A stretch of 40,899 nt of DNA from a virus (lineage: Duplodnaviria > Heunggongvirae > Uroviricota > Caudoviricetes), in IMG/VR virus record IMGVR_UViG_2778261393_000006, one strand, 5' to 3'. Position numbers and translations under genes: made by a program. A model generated the notes under the pieces. It was not told the DNA's origin. It did no database searches and worked only from the letters and a program-made list of their open reading frames with translations. Positions 8,933-18,113 of the stretch are shown piece by piece. Numbering within the stretch: the first letter of the stretch is position 1; every line of letters starts with the position of its first letter.

Positions 8933-9790
8933 ATGCTGTTTGTGCTTATTCTAAGCAACCGGGCAGCATCATACGGGGCAATTATGGCCGCATTACCATA
9001 CATGCAACTGTACATAGCTGATTACCTGGCTGACACCATGCATTTGTCAGCAGAGGAGCATGGTGCGTATTTGTTGCTGATGTTCAATTACTGGCAAACA
9101 GGAAAGCCAATACCTAAAAACAGGCTGGCAAAAATTGCCCGTCTGACTAACGAGCGATGGGCTGATGTTGAACCATCCTTGCAGGAGTTTTTTTGCGATA
9201 ACGGCGAGGAATGGGTGCATCTTCGGATTGAGGAAGATCTGGCATCAGTCAGGGAAAAATTAACCAAAAAATCAGCCGCAGGAAAAGCATCTGTTCAGGC
9301 CAGAAGAAGCAGAAAGGAAGCAGATGTTCAAACAAAACAAGAGAGAAATTTAACAGGTGTTCAAACAGATGTTGAAGTGGTGTTTGAACATGATGTCAAC
9401 ACAAAGGCAACTAATAAAGATACAGATAAAGATCTAAAAACAGATCCCCCCCTAAATCCCCCCCGGGGGAATCGAGGTGTCAAAAAGTTTGACCCTCTGG
9501 ATATTGCTTTGCCGAACTGGATTTCTGTCTCGCTTTGGCGTGAGTGGGTTGAATTTCGCCAGGCATTGCGAAAACCGATTCGAACGGAGCAGGGCGCTAA
9601 CGGGGCGATACGGGAGCTGGAAAAATTCCGCCAGCAGGGTTTTTCACCTGAGCAGGTGATTCGACACAGCATCGCCAATGAATACCAGGGCTTGTTCGCG
9701 CCGAAAGGTGTTCGACCTGAGACGTTACTCCGACAGGTTAACACCGTCTCGTTACCGGATAGTGCGATCCCGCCAGGCTTCAGGGGGTAA
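8933..9790 (+). CDS. ydaU: Replication initiator-like protein YdaU (DUF1376, lambda O analogue)
   Basis: 285-aa ORF recognised as YdaU; contains an internal iteron-like repeat cluster and a Pro/Asp-rich linker, as in O-type initiators. Confidence 0.8.
   Translation: MLFVLILSNRAASYGAIMAALPYMQLYIADYLADTMHLSAEEHGAYLLLMFNYWQTGKPIPKNRLAKIARLTNERWADVEPSLQEFFCDNGEEWVHLRIEEDLASVREKLTKKSAAGKASVQARRSRKEADVQTKQERNLTGVQTDVEVVFEHDVNTKATNKDTDKDLKTDPPLNPPRGNRGVKKFDPLDIALPNWISVSLWREWVEFRQALRKPIRTEQGANGAIRELEKFRQQGFSPEQVIRHSIANEYQGLFAPKGVRPETLLRQVNTVSLPDSAIPPGFRG
9323..9394. repeat. Iteron-like repeats (candidate replication origin) inside ydaU
   Basis: TGTTCAAACA at about 9325-9334 and 9358-9367 (direct, 33 bp apart) and inverted TGTTTGAACA at about 9381-9390, followed by an A-rich stretch (aactaataaagatacagataaagatc). 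Confidence 0.4.
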
Positions 9791-9796
9791 CTGACC

Positions 9797-10543
9797 ATGA
9801 AAAATATTGCGACAGGCGATGTTCTTGAACGTATCCGCAGACTGGCCCCGTCACATGTAACCGCGCCATTCAAGACGGTAGCGGAGTGGCGCGAGTGGCA
9901 ACTTTCCGAAGGCCAGAAACGTTGTGAGGAGATCAACCGTCAGAATCGTCAGTTGCGGGTGGAAAAAATTCTGAATCGCTCTGGCATCCAGCCATTGCAC
10001 CGCAAATGCTCGTTTTCGAATTACCAGGTGCAGAACGAAGGGCAGCGATACGCGTTGAGTCAGGCGAAATCCATCGCTGATGAACTGATGACCGGGTGTA
10101 CAAATTTTGCGTTCAGCGGAAAACCTGGTACCGGGAAGAACCACTTAGCGGCAGCTATCGGGAATCGCCTGCTGAAAGACGGTCAGACAGTGATTGTGGT
10201 TACCGTGGCTGATGTTATGAGTGCCCTGCACGCCAGCTATGACGATGGGCAGTCAGGCGAAAAATTTTTGCGGGAACTGTGCGAAGTGGATCTGCTGGTT
10301 CTTGATGAAATTGGCATTCAGCGCGAGACGAAAAACGAGCAGGTGGTACTGCACCAGATTGTTGATCGCCGGACAGCGTCGATGCGCAGCGTGGGGATGC
10401 TGACAAACCTGAACTATGAGGCCATGAAAACATTGCTCGGCGAGCGGATTATGGATCGCATGACCATGAACGGCGGGCGATGGGTGAATTTTAACTGGGA
10501 GAGCTGGCGTCCGAATGTCGTCCAGCCAGGAATTGCGAAGTAA
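9797..10543 (+). CDS. ydaV: DnaC-like helicase loader ATPase YdaV
   Basis: 248-aa ORF with Walker A ([15 protein letters not shown]) and Walker B (LLVLDEIG) motifs; recognised as YdaV, IstB/DnaC family. Confidence 0.85.
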
Positions 10544-10565
10544 TTTTTACCGGGAGAAAAATTTA

Positions 10566-11327
10566 ATGGAGACTGTTTTTGACGCACTGAAAGCAATGGG
10601 AAAAGCCACATCCATAGAACTTGCTGCGCGACTTGATATCAGTCGTGAAGAAGTGCTGAACGAACTATGGGAACTGAAAAAGGCTGGTTTTGTTGATAAA
10701 AGCGCGTACACCTGGCGTGTGGCTGATAACAACGTTCAGCAGGAACAGCCAGCGCAGGCAGAACTGCCGGAAGAAATCACCACAGCAACAGTAGCGAAAA
10801 TCTCAGAGTGCGATTTAACCGCGACGATTGAACAACGAGGACCACAAACGGCTGATGAGCTGGCTACATTGTTTGGTACCACATCACGCAAAGTGGCTTC
10901 AACGCTGGCAATGGCAATCAGCAAAGGTCGTCTGATTCGCGTAAATCAGGGCGGTAAATTTCGTTACTGCATACCGGGCGATAATTTACCAGCAGAGCCG
11001 AAAGCAGCATCGGTAGCGGAAACTGATGGTAAGGCCTTTCCTCAGACCGCAGGTGTTGCGTTACCAGTACAGGAGGCTGCAACACAGGAAGATATTAAAA
11101 CAGAAACTGTGGCGGACATTGTGCAGTCGCTGCCATCGTTTACTGAAACGCGAGCGGATGACCTGGTTTTACCATCACTGCATATGGCAAACCGCGAACT
11201 GCGTCGGGCGAAAAATCATGTCCAGAAGTGGGAGCGTGTCTGCGCCGCGCTGCGTGAGTTGAACAAGCACAGGGATATTGTACGACAGATTACTGATTCT
11301 TCCCGCCATGTTGCATCGGAAAAGTGA
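10566..11327 (+). CDS. ydaW: Rac prophage protein YdaW-like (N-terminal winged-helix-like region)
   Basis: Track ORF 10515-11327; start preferred at ATG 10566 ([13 protein letters not shown]...) preceded by GGGAGA; N-terminal part matches my memory of the YdaW fragment in K-12. Confidence 0.6.
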
Positions 11328-11342
11328 TTGCCGGAGGCACCT

Positions 11343-11765
11343 ATGGCAAAAGTATTTACACCAGAAGAGCGAGAAAAAATTAAAGGACAGGTTGTTGAAC
11401 TTGTACCTCTGAGCGGTCGCGAGACGTTACGGCAACTGGAAGCCAAGACAGGTGAGACAAGATATCTGATGAGTGTTCTCGCCAGTGAGCTGGTTGCCAG
11501 TGGCGATGTATACAACTCTGGTTACGGGTTATTCCCGTCTGAACAGGCGCGTAAAGACTGGCAAAACGTCCGCAAAAAACTATCGAGGGCAAAGGTGAAG
11601 AAACCTGCTGTAGTTGATCCGGACCTTATCTGGTCATTACCAGACGGAGAAATACGCCGCTATGACAGGCGTCTGAATATAATCTGTCGCGAGTGCCGGA
11701 AGAGCGAAGTCATGCAGCGTGTACTGGCGTTCTATCAGGGTAATTTTCAGGATGTGCTGTTGTGA
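11343..11765 (+). CDS. Hypothetical phage protein (141 aa)
   Basis: ORF 11328-11765; start preferred at ATG 11343 (MAKVFTPEER...) preceded by GGAGG; C-terminal CRECRK motif; no family recognised. Confidence 0.5.
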   Translation: MAKVFTPEEREKIKGQVVELVPLSGRETLRQLEAKTGETRYLMSVLASELVASGDVYNSGYGLFPSEQARKDWQNVRKKLSRAKVKKPAVVDPDLIWSLPDGEIRRYDRRLNIICRECRKSEVMQRVLAFYQGNFQDVLL

Positions 11766-11927
11766 GCCAAATTAACAATCAGGGAACTGCGTGAACTGAA
11801 AGAGAAATCATAATCCAAATCTGAATAATTAAATTTAGCACTGTAAATAAAATTTAATCCTTAACCGGAGGGGGGGGGCTGCACCCTCAAAATATTAGGA
11901 GGCGGCCCGAAAGGGCGGTAATGAAAA

Positions 11928-12431
11928 ATGACTGAATTAACCAAAAAGCAATTAATCGAAGAAGCTAAATTAAAAATAGCGATTGAGAAATGCCACCCCA
12001 ATTCAGGGATGGCACGGGTAGAGGGCGAATTATTCAAAATTGCTCTGGCATCGCTGGAAGCAGAGCCAGTTGGTGATTTTTATGAATACAAACCGGATGA
12101 CTGGTATCAGCGTTCGGCTGGAGATAAAGCGCCAAAATGGACGCCACCCTATGCCGTTTTTCCAGCGCCCGTAGTGCCGGAAGAAATGGATTTGCTTACA
12201 TGCCATCTCGATGGTGTAACTGAAACATATGCTGAGGGATGGAACGCTTGCCGCGCTGCCCTGCTTCAGGGCAAAGGGGAGCCCGGGAAACAAGTTCGCG
12301 AATTGACAATGCTGGTTAAACAATTGGTTAGTCAACTGAAGAAACCGAAACCGGGCTGCAAATTGCCGGATAAAGTGATGGACTACCTGGAGCGAAGCGG
12401 ACTTATAAGCGTGGAGGATGTTTTACGATGA
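11928..12431 (+). CDS. Hypothetical phage protein (167 aa), possibly Ead/Ea22-like
   Basis: ORF with upstream AGGAGG; N-terminal coiled-coil-like region; family assignment is a weak recollection only. Confidence 0.5.
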   Translation: MTELTKKQLIEEAKLKIAIEKCHPNSGMARVEGELFKIALASLEAEPVGDFYEYKPDDWYQRSAGDKAPKWTPPYAVFPAPVVPEEMDLLTCHLDGVTETYAEGWNACRAALLQGKGEPGKQVRELTMLVKQLVSQLKKPKPGCKLPDKVMDYLERSGLISVEDVLR

Positions 12432-12511
12432 CCTGGCCTGAAGCATTCACAACGGTAGGAATTGCGATGGCGGTGGCGCTGGTGGTGTATTCGATTTGCC
12501 GCTGGGGTTGA
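12428..12511 (+). CDS. Candidate 27-aa hydrophobic peptide (MTWPEAFTTVGIAMAVALVVYSICRWG)
   Basis: Not in track; ATG overlaps the stop of the upstream gene (ATGA), single predicted TM helix; ends 9 bp before IS5. Confidence 0.3.
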   Translation: MTWPEAFTTVGIAMAVALVVYSICRWG

Positions 12512-12520
12512 TAATACTAA

Positions 12521-13715
<1,195 letters not shown>

Positions 13716-13742
13716 CTAAATAACCAGCCCTTATGGGGCTGG
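13716..13742 (-). terminator. Rho-independent terminator-like hairpin downstream of the KilA-N gene
   Basis: Stem CCAGCCC / GGGCTGG (13724-13730 / 13736-13742) with 5-nt loop; on the minus strand it is followed by UUAUUU; IS5 is inserted directly beside it. Confidence 0.4.
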
Positions 13743-13750
13743 CTAATCAT

Positions 13751-14524
13751 TTAGAACTGTTCATTGCCATCGAGGTTAGGTAGCATAATTTTTTCAATCA
13801 AGGCGAGAGCCTTTTTGTCCCGGTCAGCGAAGTATTTCGGGGCATATTGCGGCAACCAAATATTGTTAAAATGTTCTTTGAAATCTGCTAAATATTCATT
13901 TGGGTACAGCCTTGCAGGGTATACGCGACCATCGGGATATTCATGGTCATAGGTAGGGAATGTTTTGGGTTCTACGTTTCTATTATCTCTTAACCATTGT
14001 GAAAATACTCTTCCTTGTGAAATGTCAGGAACCATTTTTTCTGGGAGTGTGTACCCTGCTTGTTCAAGAGGTGCAACCAAGTTGAATGTCAGTTCATTAA
14101 GAATAGAAAAGTGCGTGTGAGGAATTCTACTACGATTAACCATGTACCGTTTTAAATGTACAGGCATTTCTGCTGTAGTTCTTTCCCCTGACATCCATTC
14201 ACGAACCCATCTTGAAACCTGGACTGCAAATTTGGGCGATAGCCACTGCGCTAGATTAATAGCGATGTCAGGATGCACCCATGTCCCTTGGTTTTCAGGT
14301 CTTCCACCTTTAAATGATTGAATTAACTCCGATATGGGAATTCCCATATCGCGTGATAATTCGTCAAAAAACTCTTGAGTAGTTTTGAGTCTAGTGTAAT
14401 CAGAGAGCAGTTTGCCCGCAGTTCTACACATTGATGTGGCGTTTATGTAACCATCTTTGGCACGTAAATGTATTATTTCGCCGTCAATTTCACGAGAAAT
14501 CAAAGATAATTGAAAGGATGTCAT
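13751..14524 (-). CDS. KilA-N domain protein
   Basis: 257-aa ORF; N-terminal region (INATSMCRTAGKLLSDYTRLKTTQEFFDELS...GTWVHPDIAINLAQWLSPKF) fits the KilA-N/APSES DNA-binding domain pattern; GAGGAA upstream of ATG. Confidence 0.65.
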   Translation of the reverse strand: MTSFQLSLISREIDGEIIHLRAKDGYINATSMCRTAGKLLSDYTRLKTTQEFFDELSRDMGIPISELIQSFKGGRPENQGTWVHPDIAINLAQWLSPKFAVQVSRWVREWMSGERTTAEMPVHLKRYMVNRSRIPHTHFSILNELTFNLVAPLEQAGYTLPEKMVPDISQGRVFSQWLRDNRNVEPKTFPTYDHEYPDGRVYPARLYPNEYLADFKEHFNNIWLPQYAPKYFADRDKKALALIEKIMLPNLDGNEQF

Positions 14525-15046
14525 TGAAAATTCCTCAAGTTGGAGAGTTCTGGAACATTAAGGCGAGGTGGCAGTAATGCACCATCTGTAATCTTTTGAT
14601 ACTGACGTAATCGGACCTGATGTGCAACGCCTTGCAAGTATGTAACTCATTGAAAACGATCATTTTTATCTATTGACATCAAATGGCAAACTGTCATTGT
14701 GCGGCTATGGCAAGTGGCAAATGCTTATAAATCATATGGATATAAATAGTACAGAAAGAGTTGTTTTCTCTAGGATATGAGTATACGCCCAATGCTGATT
14801 GGTTGAATTTTGTTCTTGTTTTAAAGGGTAAGAGTTTAAAGTGTTGGCAGTGATGTATTGGATAGTTAGAATTGCTGTGGGTGCTTGAGGCTATCTGCCT
14901 CGGGCATGAACACCAAAGGTAGATAGAGAAAAGCCCCAGTTAACATTACGCGTCCTGCAAGACGTTTAACATTAATCTGAGGCCATATCTATGCGACACA
15001 TAGAGATTAGCCTCTTACGGACCGAAAGGTCAAGGAGAAGCAGGCT

Positions 15047-15172
15047 ATGAAGCAGCAAAAGGCGATGTTAATCGCCCTGATCGTCATCTGTTTAACCGTC
15101 ATAGTGACGGCACTGGTAACGAGGAAAGACCTCTGCGAGGTACGAATCCGAACTGGCAGACGGAGGCTCTGA
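15047..15172 (+). CDS. Hok-family type I toxin homologue, C-terminally truncated/divergent (possibly decayed)
   Basis: Hand translation MKQQKAMLIALIVICLTVIVTALVTRKDLCEVRIRTGRRRL (41 aa); first 37 residues match my memory of HokD/RelF, then the frame diverges and stops early; upstream leader resembles hok mRNA 5' elements; coordinates approximate. Confidence 0.5.
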   Translation: MKQQKAMLIALIVICLTVIVTALVTRKDLCEVRIRTGRRRL

Positions 15173-15254
15173 TTCGTAGACTACTAATCTGAGTAAAAGA
15201 CCCAGCGGGGAAAGAACCACGCCGGGACTAGTTAATAAGATATTTATAGCGTGG

Positions 15255-15596
15255 CTATTCTTTTTTTGCGGTATAGACTTTTTCGCCTGAGAAGTCTGGA
15301 GCTACCCAAAAGTTAATATTAAACTGAGCATCATCGCTTAGTTCAACACGGTGCCAGTATTGTGGTGGGCTTGTTGCAAAAGCGCCAGCATTAATGACTA
15401 CTTTTATCTCCGGTTCAGTAGCATTCTCATCAGCAAAACCATAATATGTTACAGTACCTTCCATCACGCATAACTGTCCAAAAACACCTGCTGCTGTATT
15501 ATGATGTGTTAATAACGCTGAAGGTACGTTCTCTTTTGTGAAGAACGGAGTTGAGCGTTTGATTACCCAGTCTTTAGGAATTCTCTTGTGTGTCAT
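15255..15596 (-). CDS. DUF1971 family protein (YeaR/TehB C-terminal-like)
   Basis: 113-aa product (start at internal ATG preceded by GGGAGGTGG); motif KRSTPFFTKENVPSAL...GAFATSPPQYWHRVE...FNINFWVAPDF resembles YeaR family from memory. Confidence 0.55.
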   Translation of the reverse strand: MTHKRIPKDWVIKRSTPFFTKENVPSALLTHHNTAAGVFGQLCVMEGTVTYYGFADENATEPEIKVVINAGAFATSPPQYWHRVELSDDAQFNINFWVAPDFSGEKVYTAKKE

Positions 15597-16463
15597 AACC
15601 ACCTCCCATAAAACATGCATTATAAATGCACCTTTTTGAGGGTTATGTCAAGCTGTTATGAAACACATAATTGATATGTTGATTAGAGGAGAAGATAGAA
15701 TCAATATGGTTGTTTTTCGTATAACTATTTGTTTTACTTTTAGTTTGTGCATTCTGTGTGTTAGGAATAACTTATTAAAGTTTAACTAAAAAATCTCGAT
15801 ATAGTCCGCATAGATTACTGTTACTGAATCTTATTGTGTGCATTAGTTGTGTTCTGAAATTTCAATTTAATTACTTATGATATATTTTTAACGATAAATG
15901 TTTTCCGGGTGAAAGACAGTGGGGGATGAGATAAGCAATATATCATTAATCTTGATTATTTCCAGGATGCCTTTACTGTGCATATAAATAAATCATATAC
16001 GCATCAAATAATGTAAAGGCATCCTTTTAGATATATCTTATCAAATGTTAATGATTTGAGTGGGAAACATGATTCCAGAAACTAATCATGCGGCTACTTT
16101 ATAAAAATAATGCCCATATAAAACAGCCAGCGAAAAGGATTACGGATAAAAAAGGAGCGAGATGTGCATAGTTGTTATTTTCCATGTTTAACCACCTTAA
16201 ATAATTGATGATGACGGGATGTGCATCTGTAATGCTTTTGTTGAAATGTTATGATAAAAAAGAACTTTTTCATAACATTAAAATGTAATTTATCTAATCG
16301 TTTTTAATAATAAGTGTTGTATTTCTATCCTTGTATCAGCTATTTGATATGTAGTGTTTGTTCATGTTATGTGGAGCTTTACACCATAGCCAGTTTATTT
16401 ATACTTTATTCGTCAGCCTGAACAACTGGCATCTGCTGCACTGCGCCATCGAGAGATTGAGAA

Positions 16464-17063
16464 ATGGCGCATATACAACTGGTCAAACAAACCTCTTCTG
16501 GACTACTTCTCCCGGCGACGCCGGAGAGTTGCGATTTTTTGCATCAAATCAAAATAGGCGAGTGGATACACGCAGACTTTAAGCGTGTGCGTAACTACGC
16601 ATTCCACAAGCGTTTTTTCAAACTCCTGCAACTGGGATTCGATTACTGGACTCCGGTCGGTGGGGCGATCACGCCTCGCGAACGAAAGCTGGTTTCAGGA
16701 TTCGTTGATTACCTATGTGAATCAGTAGGCCGGGAACATACGCCAGCTCTGAGCGAAGCCGCAGAGCAATATCTGAATACAGTTGCGACACGCAGAACCC
16801 GGGATACGGCATTGCTAAAGTCGTTTGAGGCTTTCCGCGAGTGGGTAACCATTCAGGCCGGATTTTACACCGAGCATCTTTATCCTGATGGTAGCCATGG
16901 GCGTCGGGCGAAATCCATCGCTTTTGCGAATATGGACGAAACCGAGTTTCAGCAGGTTTATAAATCTGTTCTGAATGTGCTGTGGAACTGGATTCTGTTC
17001 CGTAAATTTTCCTCTCCGGAACAAGTCGAAAATGTGACCGCGCAGCTGCTGGAGTTTGCGTAA
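16464..17063 (+). CDS. Phage nin-region protein (DUF1367-like), function unknown
   Basis: 199-aa ORF directly upstream of a YbcO-like gene and Q; family name from memory, not verified. Confidence 0.5.
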   Translation: MAHIQLVKQTSSGLLLPATPESCDFLHQIKIGEWIHADFKRVRNYAFHKRFFKLLQLGFDYWTPVGGAITPRERKLVSGFVDYLCESVGREHTPALSEAAEQYLNTVATRRTRDTALLKSFEAFREWVTIQAGFYTEHLYPDGSHGRRAKSIAFANMDETEFQQVYKSVLNVLWNWILFRKFSSPEQVENVTAQLLEFA

Positions 17064-17353
17064 TGGTGGATTTACGTAAAGCGGCGCGGGGGCAGATGTG
17101 CACCGTCAGAATTCCTGGCTACTGCAATCACGATCCGGAAACGTCTGTGCTGGCGCATTACCGACTGGCGGGAACGTGCGGAACAGCGACAAAACCACAC
17201 GATATGCAGGCGGCGATTGCCTGTAGCTCATGCCACGATCTAATCGACGGGCGGGTAAAAACCAGCGATTACACCAAAGAAGAATTACGCCTGATGCATG
17301 CAGAAGGTGTTTTTCGCACACAAGAAATCTGGAGAAAGGAGGGATATTTGTGA
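17063..17353 (+). CDS. YbcO-like protein (DUF1364, Cys-rich putative nuclease)
   Basis: 96-aa ORF MVDLRKAARGQMCTVRIPGYCNHDPETSVLAHYRL...CSSCHDLIDGR, similar to DLP12 YbcO as I recall; start overlaps upstream stop. Confidence 0.65.
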   Translation: MVDLRKAARGQMCTVRIPGYCNHDPETSVLAHYRLAGTCGTATKPHDMQAAIACSSCHDLIDGRVKTSDYTKEELRLMHAEGVFRTQEIWRKEGYL

Positions 17354-17892
17354 TTTACCCAACGAATACAGGAAAAAGCGGAGAACACCTTCGTCTCGCC
17401 ACGCTGGAAAGTGTCTGGATTCAGGGCAAACTGCGTATGTGGGGGCGCTGGTCGTATATTGGCGGTGGCAGGTCAGGAAATATGTTCAATCAGTTGTTGG
17501 CATCCAAAAAATTGACGAAAACAGCCATCAATGAAGCCCTGCGCAGAATGAAAAAAGCGGGAATAGAGAAAGCTGAGCTGGAAGCGTTTTTGCGAGAGAT
17601 GATCAACGGCAAGCAAAAGAGCTGGCTGGCGCATTGTACTGATGCAGAGGCGTTATGTATTGATCGAGTCATAAGTGAGGTGCTGGCAGAGCATCCTGGA
17701 TTGATTAGTGTCCTCCGGCAACGGTATGAAGGACGGGGGATGACTAAGCGCAAAATGGCTGAATTGCTAAATGATGCACATCCTGAGTGGTGTTTTAGCA
17801 CATGCGAAAAGCGAATTGCTAATTGGTTGGCTGTTGCTGAGTATGCCCTATATATTCCCATGCGAGAATCATTTGCTCAAAAAATAGCTTGA
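17350..17892 (+). CDS. Putative late-gene antiterminator Q (phage 82 / QuuD-like family)
   Basis: GTG start preceded by AAGGAGGG at 6-nt spacing and overlapping the ybcO-like stop; position (after nin genes, before tR'-like terminator and lysis genes) and an RMWGRWSY motif reminiscent of QuuD-type Q proteins. Confidence 0.5.
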   Translation: MIYPTNTGKSGEHLRLATLESVWIQGKLRMWGRWSYIGGGRSGNMFNQLLASKKLTKTAINEALRRMKKAGIEKAELEAFLREMINGKQKSWLAHCTDAEALCIDRVISEVLAEHPGLISVLRQRYEGRGMTKRKMAELLNDAHPEWCFSTCEKRIANWLAVAEYALYIPMRESFAQKIA

Positions 17893-17975
17893 TTTTTTAC
17901 GCATAAACTGCTTCAATTCCGGTATGCTTCGCAAAGCTGTATCGCGAGGCGAACCAAGCGCATGAACTTTACCAG

Positions 17976-18004
17976 AACCCGCCATTGAGCGGGTTTTGTT
18001 GTTT
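17976..18004 (+). terminator. Rho-independent terminator (tR' analogue) downstream of Q
   Basis: Stem AACCCGC / GCGGGTT with 6-nt loop followed by TTTTGTTGTTTCT; located about 85 bp after the Q stop, as expected for the short PR' leader transcript. Confidence 0.55.
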
Positions 18005-18113
18005 CTGGTACTGGTGAACCTGATGTTTCATTTCTGGAGCGCGATTCCTGGCGGAATACCTAGAATCGAGACATTCTGGTAAAATTGTTTTCAGTACAGG
18101 ATGTGGAGGTGAG

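Noticed and set aside
9361-9936. 191-aa minus-strand ORF overlapping ydaU/ydaV
   Set aside because: Antisense to two recognisable replication genes; product is Ser/Arg-rich without recognisable motifs; no SD.
16358-16582. 74-aa plus-strand ORF overlapping the start of the DUF1367-like gene
   Set aside because: Out-of-frame overlap with a longer ORF that has a plausible SD; product has no recognisable features.
17889-17917. Candidate PR' late promoter (TTGATT - 17 bp - TTCAAT)
   Set aside because: The -10 hexamer lacks the conserved second-position A and there is no extended -10 element, so it is too weak to annotate as a feature without transcript mapping.
17893-18113. Looked for a tRNA gene or stx-like toxin in the Q-S interval
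   Set aside because: No cloverleaf-compatible sequence or toxin-like ORF is evident; the interval holds only the tR'-like terminator and the start of the 189-aa membrane protein gene.
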